From NCBI GenBank assembly GCA_020725175.1, contig DYFM01000002.1, forward strand, positions 36,880-100,879: a DNA stretch of 64,000 nucleotides, in the 5' to 3' direction. This stretch comes from Candidatus Paceibacter sp. (GTDB lineage: Bacteria > Patescibacteriota > Patescibacteriia > Magasanikbacterales > UBA922). The notes beneath the pieces are model-generated. The model was not told where the DNA came from, did not search any database, and was given only the letters and a program-made list of their open reading frames with translations. Shown piece after piece: positions 1-8,028 of the stretch (position 1 is its first letter; each line of letters begins with the position of its first letter). The translations under genes and the position numbers were made by a program.

Positions 1-23
1 ACACCCCCTATCGACTAAAGTTA

Positions 24-758
24 TCAACCTCTAGAAATTCCCTCAGCCCTTCCGAGCAAGCGATGCAATTCATCTACCTCTTTTCCCGTCAATTCTCGCC
101 ACTTATTGATAGAAAGCCCCTTGAGGGTAATATGCATGATTCGCACGCGCCGTAGTTTTTTTACACTATACCCACACGCTTCACACATCCGGCGAATTTG
201 TCGGTTGAGGCCCTGGGTAAGAATGATTTTAAATTGGTAGTCACTGATTTTCTCCACTTTACATTTTTTTGTAACAGTGTTGAGAATAGGAACTCCGGTT
301 CGCAGGCGTTGTAAAAATTGATTGGTGATTGGCTTGTCTACCGCTACCTCATATTCCTTTTCATGGCGATTTTTGGAACGGAGAATTTTGTTCACCACAT
401 CACCGTCATTGGTTAGCAAAATCAACCCTTCAGACGCGACATCGAGTCGTCCGATTGGGAAAATTCTGGTGGGAAAGTCTATCGCGTCAAGAATGTTGTC
501 TCGTTTACTTCTATCGGTGGTGCAAATGACACCGACTGGTTTATGATAGGCGAGGTAGACAGGGAGCTCTCGGTGCTGGATTGGTCTTTTGTCAACCCGC
601 ACATCATCGTCTGGTCCTACTTGAGTACCTAGAGTCGCGCGCTTCCCATTGACAGTTACACGACCGGCTGAGATGATGGCATCGGCTCCTCGACGAGAGG
701 CGACACCGTGTTCGCTGAGAAATTTATTGAGACGAGTGGTGTTTTGGTTTTGTGGCAT
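24..758 (-). CDS. rRNA pseudouridine synthase, RsuA/RluB/RluF family
   Basis: N-terminal S4 domain (RLNKFLSEHGVASRR), catalytic GRLD motif, GLNRQIRRM motif. Confidence 0.92.
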   Translation of the reverse strand: MPQNQNTTRLNKFLSEHGVASRRGADAIISAGRVTVNGKRATLGTQVGPDDDVRVDKRPIQHRELPVYLAYHKPVGVICTTDRSKRDNILDAIDFPTRIFPIGRLDVASEGLILLTNDGDVVNKILRSKNRHEKEYEVAVDKPITNQFLQRLRTGVPILNTVTKKCKVEKISDYQFKIILTQGLNRQIRRMCEACGYSVKKLRRVRIMHITLKGLSINKWRELTGKEVDELHRLLGRAEGISRG

Positions 759-770
759 ATTTTTATATTG

Positions 771-869
771 TTGATAGGAACACGGATTGAACTGATTGGA
801 CGGATGGTAACGGATTGCTTTGATTTGCTAATATTCGTTTCATTCGTTCAATCCGCGCTCTATTATCAA
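771..869. repeat. Intergenic imperfect palindrome of ~9-10-nt ACGGAT/ACGAAT units (family A)
   Basis: TTGATAGGAACACGGATTGAAC ... GTTCAATCCGCGCTCTATTATCAA; related to copies at 7907, 29773, 33982, 45760, 59094, 63424. Confidence 0.8.
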
Positions 870-872
870 GGG

Positions 873-1118
873 TTATGAAATGTAAATAAATCGTGGTACT
901 CGCTTCCCCGTCACCAGCACCATCTCAGTAAACATGTTGATCGGTCGAGCAAACGTCGGATCTTTGCCACATTCTTCTTCAAGCTGTGCATTTGTATACA
1001 GTGGTTTATACAAAACAAGGGTTTCGTGAGTTTCTGTGTGCAGTGCAAAACCAATTACTTGATACTCGTGCCCTTTGTAGTGCTTGTAAATTCCAAGTGG
1101 AATAGTTTGTAGTGACAT
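873..1118 (-). CDS. DUF1653-family small protein
   Basis: GIYKHYKG..Y.V...A.HTET.E.LVLY..LY ... ARP..MF.E......PRF signature. Confidence 0.85.
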   Translation of the reverse strand: MSLQTIPLGIYKHYKGHEYQVIGFALHTETHETLVLYKPLYTNAQLEEECGKDPTFARPINMFTEMVLVTGKRVPRFIYIS

Positions 1119-1126
1119 AAACGAAT

Positions 1127-2365
1127 TTACTTTTTCTTTGAGTCTGACAAATCATACGGTATTGTATGTCGCCAGCCAAAACTTTGCATCGTCCAGTCAA
1201 AAACAATCCGTAGTTTTCGGGTAATGCCGGGCATAAAAAGAACGTAGGCGGTTCGGCGAAGCCACCAAGCAAGCCGGCCGGTAAACACGTACTTGTTCCA
1301 CAAGATCATGATACCAAACCAGTCACCAATTGGCATAAGCGACAGATGTTGCCGAAAACCAAATTCGTTCATTGTAAAACCGGCAATAGTTTTCGCCAGA
1401 TGTAGTCCCACATATTGACCAGCCACATGGGCCACTTCACCGAGTTGGGGGACCGGCTCAGATTCTCCCGGGTTACTAAAGCAAGCAATGTCTCCGACTG
1501 CGTAGAGAGATCGATAGTTGCGGTGGCGCAAAGACTGATCCGTGGGGACTCTTCCGCGTTCACAGAGTGTCTCCGGTAAAAAAGATGGTGCGATTTGCGC
1601 GAATCCGGTTGACCAAATGGTGAGATTACTGACAGTCCGCTCTCCTGTTCCAAGAAGTACTGCTTCTTTTTCTACTCCGGTTACTGTGGTGTTCGTTCGA
1701 ACTGTTATCTCATAGGCTTCAAGACGTGTTCGAGCAATTACCCGAGCTTTTTTTGGCGCGTTTGGGAGAATGTCGTCTCCACTTTGCAGAAGAGTGATCG
1801 AGAGGTTTTTCTTTGGATAGAGGCGTTTCAGTTCGTGTTGCTTGATATCGCCAAGTTGACCGGCCAGCTCAATACCGGTATACCCACCACCGACAATAAC
1901 GATTGAAATATTATCGGTAGTTTCAAACAACGAGAACAACTCACTTTGGAGTGCGGTAGCGGATCTGAGGGAGCGAATTTCTCGTGCGTATGTATTTGCG
2001 CCGGGAACATTGTAGAAGTTGGTTTTGCTCCCTAGAGCCATGACGCAGTATTCATACGTAATTTCTCCGGCGGTGGTACGAACCGTCTTTGTGTCTGGGT
2101 CAACATTCAATACCTCGGTTTGTAAAAATTCATGACCTTGGTTTGTTGTTACCAACTCTCGAAGCGGGATACTAGCATGCATGGGGAGAACAGAACCGGT
2201 AGCCACCTCATGTAGAAGTGGAATAAAGGTAAAAAACGCTTCTTTGTCTACAAGCGTAATTTTTTTTTGTATCTTTCGCTTTTTTAGTTCTTTTTGTAGT
2301 GTGCGAAATGTTTCGTACCCACCAATGCCGGCTCCTAAAATAAGAATATCCGTGTGCATAAACAT
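1127..2365 (-). CDS. ndh: Type II NADH dehydrogenase-like FAD-dependent oxidoreductase
   Basis: Two Rossmann motifs (ILGAGIGG; IVGGGYTGIELAG), F.PLLHEVATG, YAVGD, C-terminal G.LAWW. Confidence 0.85.
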   Translation of the reverse strand: MFMHTDILILGAGIGGYETFRTLQKELKKRKIQKKITLVDKEAFFTFIPLLHEVATGSVLPMHASIPLRELVTTNQGHEFLQTEVLNVDPDTKTVRTTAGEITYEYCVMALGSKTNFYNVPGANTYAREIRSLRSATALQSELFSLFETTDNISIVIVGGGYTGIELAGQLGDIKQHELKRLYPKKNLSITLLQSGDDILPNAPKKARVIARTRLEAYEITVRTNTTVTGVEKEAVLLGTGERTVSNLTIWSTGFAQIAPSFLPETLCERGRVPTDQSLRHRNYRSLYAVGDIACFSNPGESEPVPQLGEVAHVAGQYVGLHLAKTIAGFTMNEFGFRQHLSLMPIGDWFGIMILWNKYVFTGRLAWWLRRTAYVLFMPGITRKLRIVFDWTMQSFGWRHTIPYDLSDSKKK

Positions 2366-2790
2366 TATGATGTTTTTGTGGTTGTTTCAGTCAATTTTTT
2401 GAGCATAGTTTTTATCTCTTCCAGATCTTTTTGCATATCTCGTACTTCCCGCTCAGCTTTTCGGTTGACGGCATAATCATATTGCGCAGTAATACGGTCA
2501 CGTTCGCTTTGGCGGTTTTGGCTCATGAGGATCATTGGAGCCTGAAAAGCGGCCAAGCAGGATAGGGTGAGATTGAGTAAAATAAATGGATACGGATCCC
2601 AACCACGCACCCAACCAATGGTGTTTATTCCCATCCAAAACAAAATATAGGTGAGAAAAGCAATGATAAATTTCCAACTACCAAGAAACTTGGTTACTGT
2701 ATCAGCGGCTTTTTGCCCAAAGGTACGCTGTTTTCGTTTGGTGATTATGGGGTGTTGAGCTTCGTTTTTGTGAAGAAGGGGGAGGTTCAT
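2365..2790 (-). CDS. DUF1003 membrane protein
   Basis: FLGSWKFI ... WDPYPFILLNL.LS.LAA.QAP.ILMSQNRQ..RDR signature. Confidence 0.9.
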   Translation of the reverse strand: MNLPLLHKNEAQHPIITKRKQRTFGQKAADTVTKFLGSWKFIIAFLTYILFWMGINTIGWVRGWDPYPFILLNLTLSCLAAFQAPMILMSQNRQSERDRITAQYDYAVNRKAEREVRDMQKDLEEIKTMLKKLTETTTKTS

Positions 2791-2855
2791 ACAAATAATG
2801 TTAGATGCAAAAAGTATAGCATACCAAAGGCACTTCGCCTAGCTGGTGTGGGGTT

Positions 2856-3494
2856 GTGCGAGTCCAAATTCGTGATATACTTATGGATATGCTACATATG
2901 AAACCATTTCTTCCGATTCAGGCTGTTCGCGATGTATTGATTCGTCACCGACGTATTGTTTTTTTACTGATTCTCTTGTGGTTTGGGTCTATCGGGCTGG
3001 GTTTTTTGGTGCCGGATGATCTAAAACAAGAGCTTCTCAAAGGATTTGCTGAAAAAGTGGCTGGGGTCGAGGACATGGGGACGCTCGGAATCATTGGGTA
3101 TATTGTTTGGAACAATCTCAAGGTCTCATTTCTTACGGTGGTGCTTGGGGTTTTTCTCATTATTCCTGTGATTATTTTGTTCATCAATGGTCTAATTATT
3201 GGGGTGATAGCGGATCAGGTGCAGGCTATTGCCGGGGTTTCACTTGGTGCACTTCTTCTTAGTCTTCTTCCGCATGGAATACTTGAGATTCCGGCTATTT
3301 TGTTATCAGGAATTCTTGGAACCATGCTTGGGGTAAAGCTGTATTTTTCCAAACAGTTTGCTCCGGAGCACACCAGAAAAGCGTTCATAAAAGAAATTTT
3401 TGTTGTGTATATGGCGGTTGTCGTGCCGCTATTATTAGTGGCCGCAGTTATCGAAGCGACCGTGAGTACATTTTTGGCTGGAAAATTAATATAG
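2856..3494 (+). CDS. SpoIIM/DUF95 membrane protein (true start probably a nearby downstream ATG)
   Basis: NN.KV, NG.IIG, LLPHGILEIPA and LL.AA.IEA motifs; multiple TM segments. Confidence 0.85.
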   Translation: MRVQIRDILMDMLHMKPFLPIQAVRDVLIRHRRIVFLLILLWFGSIGLGFLVPDDLKQELLKGFAEKVAGVEDMGTLGIIGYIVWNNLKVSFLTVVLGVFLIIPVIILFINGLIIGVIADQVQAIAGVSLGALLLSLLPHGILEIPAILLSGILGTMLGVKLYFSKQFAPEHTRKAFIKEIFVVYMAVVVPLLLVAAVIEATVSTFLAGKLI

Positions 3495-3584
3495 ACACGA
3501 GATGCAAGTTACGAAAGTACGAATATCTGCGAATATACGAATACATTGATTAGAATTTGATTTAGGATTTTTGATGTTTGATTT

Positions 3585-4589
3585 ATGATTTTATTTCTCT
3601 ACGGCAAAGACACGTTTCGGAGTCGACAACAACTTCATAAAATGGTAGAAAAATTTCGAGCCGATCGAGATCCGGAAGGGTTGAATGTGGTGACGCTTGA
3701 CGCGGAAAAAGAAAAGCCGGCAGCAGTGCTTGAGCAATTGTTTGCCGCACCGTTTTTGGCTGAGCGGCGAATGGTGGTGATAGAGCAGTTGTTGACAACG
3801 AAACAAAAGGATTTACAAACCGAAATACTTCGGATTTTGAAAGAACAGCGTGTTCCAGAGTTCAATGTTGTTCTCTTTTGGGATAGTGTTGATACTGGAA
3901 AAACCAAAGAGGTAAAAGAACTTCTCGCTATTCTTTCCAAAGAGAAATTTGCGCAAAAGTTTGATCTCATGATCGGGAGTGAGCTGGCTGGTTGGATTAC
4001 GACTGAGGTGCAGGAACGCGATGGAAGCATCGCTCGTGAAGCCGCTCTTTTTTTGGCGACGACCGTTGGAGGTGATATGTGGCGACTGAATGGGCTGATT
4101 GATCAGTTGGTAGCCTATGTTCAATCCCCTGCTGTTACAGAGGGTGGAAAAGGAGAGGTGCATGAGATTTCCCTCGCCGACGCCAGACTCTTCGTCAACG
4201 AAAAAGTTGATGATAATATTTTCAATTTGGTTGACGCGATTGTTGCGAAACAACCGCGGCAGGTGTATGCGATGATAGCAGAACAGTACCGGAAAGGCGA
4301 AGATGCTCAATTCATTTTTGCGATGATTACGCGCCAGTTCAAGATTCTTCTCCAGCTTCGTGACCTGTACAATAGACAAGATAATGTGCCGAGTGATGTT
4401 TTAGCGAAACAGCTTGGCCTGCATCCATTTGTAGTAAAGAAATCATTGCCACTGGTAAAACGGTACTCTCTTGATGAACTCAAGCAGATTTATAGCGAAC
4501 TTCTCGAAATTGACATCAAAACAAAAACCGGTCAAGGAGACCAGTCGTTGTTGTTGGATTTGTTTGTGGGGAGGGTTACTGCTGGGTAG
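3585..4589 (+). CDS. holA: DNA polymerase III delta subunit
   Basis: LFLYGKD start, PFLAERRMVVI, NIFNLVDAI, LGLHPFVVKK, D.KTKTG; two genes from rpsT. Confidence 0.93.
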   Translation: MILFLYGKDTFRSRQQLHKMVEKFRADRDPEGLNVVTLDAEKEKPAAVLEQLFAAPFLAERRMVVIEQLLTTKQKDLQTEILRILKEQRVPEFNVVLFWDSVDTGKTKEVKELLAILSKEKFAQKFDLMIGSELAGWITTEVQERDGSIAREAALFLATTVGGDMWRLNGLIDQLVAYVQSPAVTEGGKGEVHEISLADARLFVNEKVDDNIFNLVDAIVAKQPRQVYAMIAEQYRKGEDAQFIFAMITRQFKILLQLRDLYNRQDNVPSDVLAKQLGLHPFVVKKSLPLVKRYSLDELKQIYSELLEIDIKTKTGQGDQSLLLDLFVGRVTAG

Positions 4590-5760
4590 TAAATTGTATT
4601 GTTCGTTTAATCTCTTTCAGTTCTCTGTTTATTGCTATTTTCTCCTCTTGAATTAACAACTTCATTTGTTCTTGAAGATTATCTTTTTCTTCATCACTTG
4701 TACTATTTGCTAGTTTTTGCTCTATTTCGTCCCTTTTCCGCTTAAATGTTCTTTTTACAGAAAGTGTTGCCCACTCCATTTGTTTTTTCTTTGTTGAAAG
4801 ATCGGGTTTCAGTTCGGTGGAATATGGTATTATTTTCCCAGGTGCTTTGATTTTGGCAATGAGACCTGCGTAATCTGCTGTGTCACTTACTTCTTTATAT
4901 GTCGGTAGTGTTTCACTTGAGGTGATTATTCTAGCCCCACCGGAAATTGATATGCTACTTCCAGCGCGATCTGATACCTTACCAACTAATTGCGCTACTT
5001 TTTGAAGGACTGTGTTGGCTTGGTCTAATTCTACACCGGGTAAAATTACGGTAAATTCGTCACCACTTCTTCTTCCAACTGTGTCTGTTTTTCGTAGACC
5101 ATTTTGCAATATATGAACAACATCTTTTATTACTTCATCCCCTACTGCATGACCTCTGTTTGGATCATCGTTAATTCGTTTAAACGAATTAATGTCAAAC
5201 TCAATCAAAATGAGACACTTATTTTCTCCTGCTTCTTTTAGCCGAGTTTTTTCAATATCAAATCTATGCTCTAACCCCTTTTTTGAAAAACCTCCTGTTA
5301 AAGGATCTATATATTCTTTTTCTTCTAAATCCATTTCCATTTTGGCTCTTTCAAGAACGTATGGTAAGAGATTTGGAATTTGTTTTCTGATAATACGTAG
5401 AAGTACTGGTTGTTCGTTTAGTGCGATTTCAATATTTTTTGAAAGATTGTTGGCCGACTCTTCATTATCAACATCCTCACCTCTTAGTAATTTATTTCTA
5501 ATATCCTGCAGTTGCTCTAAGGTAATCCCTGCTTTTTTAGCCTCTGCAGCCTCAATATTTTTATCTAACGCAAAAAAAACTAACCTGTGTATGAGTGGAG
5601 TTAAAATATCTTTAACTTTTTTTTCAAAAGCTATTTTTCTTTCTGGTTCGGTTTCGTATAAAGCGGTGTAGTTGTTTGGGAACTCGACAAAATTTATTGG
5701 AAAGCGAGACATTTCTTGAAGTTCTCTTGAGGCAGCTTCTCTTTTTGTGTTTGTTTCCAT
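4576..5760 (-). CDS. GGDEF-domain protein (SGDEF variant)
   Basis: DPLTG, DINSFKRIND..GHAVGDEV, RRSGDEF, ISISGG. Confidence 0.85.
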   Translation of the reverse strand: METNTKREAASRELQEMSRFPINFVEFPNNYTALYETEPERKIAFEKKVKDILTPLIHRLVFFALDKNIEAAEAKKAGITLEQLQDIRNKLLRGEDVDNEESANNLSKNIEIALNEQPVLLRIIRKQIPNLLPYVLERAKMEMDLEEKEYIDPLTGGFSKKGLEHRFDIEKTRLKEAGENKCLILIEFDINSFKRINDDPNRGHAVGDEVIKDVVHILQNGLRKTDTVGRRSGDEFTVILPGVELDQANTVLQKVAQLVGKVSDRAGSSISISGGARIITSSETLPTYKEVSDTADYAGLIAKIKAPGKIIPYSTELKPDLSTKKKQMEWATLSVKRTFKRKRDEIEQKLANSTSDEEKDNLQEQMKLLIQEEKIAINRELKEIKRTIQFTTQQ

Positions 5761-5776
5761 AGTACATTCAAATTAA

Positions 5777-5801
5777 AATCCCAGTAAGTAAACTGGGATT
5801 A
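5777..5801 (-). terminator. Intrinsic terminator after rpsT
   Basis: AATCCCAGT-loop-ACTGGGATT hairpin, T-rich tail on minus strand. Confidence 0.6.
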
Positions 5802-5817
5802 TTGTATCATATTGTCA

Positions 5818-6084
5818 TTACTTGGCAACAGCGGTTTTCACATGCTTGGCGAGACGAGACAATTTGCGAGCGGCGGTGTTTTTTTTGATGACACCTTTTT
5901 TTGCTGCTTTATCAAGTCTTTTTTGCGCCAATCGAAGTTGCTCTTTGAGGTCTTTTTCACCGGTAGCAACAGCTTTTTTTACTGTTTTGATTGCCGATTT
6001 GTATGCGTCTTTAACAACTTTGTTGCGAGCTGTTCGCTTTTCTGCTTGGCGAAGTGCTTTGCGGGCATTTGCTTTATTTGGCAT
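5818..6084 (-). CDS. rpsT: 30S ribosomal protein S20
   Basis: MPN..A.K..RQ, LDKAAKKGVIKKNTAARKLSRL. Confidence 0.97.
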   Translation of the reverse strand: MPNKANARKALRQAEKRTARNKVVKDAYKSAIKTVKKAVATGEKDLKEQLRLAQKRLDKAAKKGVIKKNTAARKLSRLAKHVKTAVAK

Positions 6085-6169
6085 AAAGATGATTATTGGT
6101 TTAGTAGATAATTGGTTATTTGGCTGAAAAACTGATTTTTTGACCTGATTTCAGCGTGAGAGTGTGGAT

Positions 6170-6198
6170 AGTATACGCGAAAAAAGCGGTTTTGTCAA
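6170..6198 (-). promoter_or_regulatory. Sigma70 promoter of rpsT
   Basis: TTGACA-17 nt-TATACT on minus strand. Confidence 0.8.
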
Positions 6199-6226
6199 GG
6201 TAAGCCTTATTCTGTGTTTGTTTAAC

Positions 6227-6255
6227 AAAAACAACTCGAGTAAACGAGTTGTTTT
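6227..6255 (-). terminator. Intrinsic terminator directly after the tRNA-like gene
   Basis: AAAACAACTCG-6 nt-CGAGTTGTTTT stem starting 3 nt after CCA. Confidence 0.8.
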
Positions 6256-6257
6256 AG

Positions 6258-6332
6258 TGGTGGACGGAGGGGGAATCGAACCCCGAGAACTGAGGTGATA
6301 ATCCCAGGTGCGGAACCATCCGCTCTCCACCC
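6258..6332 (-). tRNA. Non-canonical tRNA-like RNA (G3:U70, A73, CCA; anticodon ambiguous)
   Basis: GGGTGGA/TCCGTCC acceptor stem, D arm GCGG-ATGGTT-CCGC, arm CTGGG-ATTATCAC-CTCAG, T arm GGGG-TTCGATT-CCCC, 3' ACCA. Confidence 0.75.
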
Positions 6333-6349
6333 CCAATCCACCATACGTA

Positions 6350-6358
6350 AGTATAGCA
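6350..6358 (-). promoter_or_regulatory. Extended -10 promoter for the tRNA-like gene
   Basis: TGCTATACT ending 18 nt upstream of tRNA position 1. Confidence 0.65.
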
Positions 6359-6372
6359 AAAATAATTGGAAT

Positions 6373-6442
6373 AAAAAAGAACTCCCCAAAGGGAGTTCTT
6401 GAGATCCGGAGCGGATTTTCTTCTGCACCGGGATTATCACCT
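6373..6442 (-). ncRNA. Putative ~70-nt small RNA antisense to the neighbouring tRNA-like RNA
   Basis: Predicted +1 at 6442; sequence AGGTGATAATCCCGGTGCAGAAGAAAATCCGCTC then terminator AAGAACTCCC-TTTG-GGGAGTTCTTTTTT. Confidence 0.65.
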
Positions 6443-6448
6443 AATAAA

Positions 6449-6477
6449 AATATATCAAACAATAAGAGATTTGTCAA
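6449..6477 (-). promoter_or_regulatory. Sigma70 promoter of the putative antisense sRNA
   Basis: TTGACA-17 nt-TATATT with extended TG. Confidence 0.75.
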
Positions 6478-6565
6478 GGTGTTGTACCGTGTGTTCTATC
6501 GCGAAACTCAAAATAAGGAAATGGCGAAATAGAGAAGTAGACGGTGTTCGTGTTGTCGGTCTGTG

Positions 6566-7357
6566 TTAGAAATGAAGATTTTTGATGAGGGTAACCACCT
6601 CGTCGTGTATGCCAGTATTATTACTCATGATAAATTGGTCATTGGTCATGTCGGTCTCTTCATTGCCTGCCAAATCAGTTATTCTTGCGCCAGCTTCTCT
6701 AGCAATTAGTTTACCGGCGGCAAAATCGTGAATTTCAGTTTTGTTAGAAATCATGCACTCGGTTTTACCGGCTGCAAGAAGACAATAATCGTGGGCCGGT
6801 GACCAATTGGTGAGAATTCGGGTTGTTTTTGGTGTGAGCTTTATCTTAACCGCATCGATCAATTCAGCCCCTTGGTGGTAACCACGATTGCAACTGATAG
6901 TAGCTCTCGATAATGAACTGGTGGTGCTAATTTTTAAGGGGAATTCATTACGATAAGCTCCTTTTCCGGTTTCTGCATAATATGTGTGTTTGAGAATTGG
7001 ATTATGGACGACACCGGCGATAATTTGATTTCCTTTTTTGAGAGCGAGAGAAATGGTAAAGATGGGTATGCCTAGGACAAAGTTGTGTGTACCATCAAGT
7101 GGATCGATAATAAATGTGTACTCAGAGTTATTGTCATAGTGGCCGCTTTCTTCGGCTAATATATTGTACGCTGGAAAATCTTTTTTCAGAATTTCCAGAA
7201 TAATGTTTTCCGATTGAATGTCAGCTTGAGTACGCAAATCAGCGGCGGAAGTTTTCTCGGTGATTTGTAAAATGGCGTCAAATAAATCAGCGACTATCTC
7301 CCCTCCTCGCTCCACCGCCTGTCGCATAACAATGAGTTCTGGGCTGGGATTTTGCAT
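6566..7357 (-). CDS. suhB: Inositol monophosphatase (SuhB-like)
   Basis: ILAEE, IIDPLDGTHNF, HDFAAG.LI.REAG; start trimmed to ATG at 7357. Confidence 0.85.
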   Translation of the reverse strand: MQNPSPELIVMRQAVERGGEIVADLFDAILQITEKTSAADLRTQADIQSENIILEILKKDFPAYNILAEESGHYDNNSEYTFIIDPLDGTHNFVLGIPIFTISLALKKGNQIIAGVVHNPILKHTYYAETGKGAYRNEFPLKISTTSSLSRATISCNRGYHQGAELIDAVKIKLTPKTTRILTNWSPAHDYCLLAAGKTECMISNKTEIHDFAAGKLIAREAGARITDLAGNEETDMTNDQFIMSNNTGIHDEVVTLIKNLHF

Positions 7358-7373
7358 AGTGTTTATGTCAATG

Positions 7374-7885
7374 TCATGTTTGATAAATATATAAGTTGGG
7401 AAAATCTTTGGTTTTATCAATTCGAACCGGTGTAAAATCCGGTAGGGGCCAAACATAGCTCACAATTCTCGTTCCTGGTTTGGCTTCTTTGATAATTTTA
7501 TCCTGCATCTTTGGGAGGACCTTTGGCATGAGAAAAAGAAACAACACATCAGCCTCTGTAATATTTATCGACCAAAAGTTTTTGAAGTGAATTGAATATT
7601 GTCCAGCTTTTTTTGGAGAAATATTCCTCGGATTTTAGCCAAGATGTATGGGAAAAGAGAAATTTCAAAACCACTTGCGTTTGCTCCGCGCCTGGTAGCT
7701 CCACCGACAAGGCGACCATCACCACAGCCAAGATCAAACACGGTGTCTCCGGTTGTTACCTTTCCAGCGTTCAAAAATCGTTCAATGTCATGTTTTCTTG
7801 CCGGTACCCACGGCGCTGCACTATTCCCGGCGATGGCGGCGGTGATGAGGAGAGTGAGAATTAGGAGGGAGAATAAGGTGGTCAT
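7374..7885 (-). pseudogene. Membrane-anchored class I SAM methyltransferase with one frameshift near 7590
   Basis: APWVP, DLGCGDGR in first frame; continuation FKNFWSINITEADVLFLFLMP...KPGTRIVSY.WP to TGA at 7374 in another frame. Confidence 0.8.
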
Positions 7886-7906
7886 CTAACTTGCTTTTGA
7901 TTTTAT

Positions 7907-8012
7907 AAAATAGACCTTCGGGTAAAACTGATTTAACGGATAACTACTACTTATTTATCAAATCAATATCCGTTAAAATCAGTTTGATCAGTTTTATCCG
8001 AAGGTCTATTTT
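7907..8012. repeat. Family A intergenic palindrome
   Basis: AAAATAGACCTTCGG ... CCGAAGGTCTATTTT with internal ACTGAT/ACGGAT units. Confidence 0.85.
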
Positions 8013-8028
8013 TTTATAATTAAAAAAA

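Noticed and set aside
6258-6600. tmRNA (ssrA), suggested by G3:U70 and the GGTTCGATTCCC...CCACCA end
   Set aside because: The acceptor 5' strand lies only 75 nt from CCA with a full D stem. There is no room for a tag ORF, and a terminator follows CCA, excluding a permuted two-piece form.
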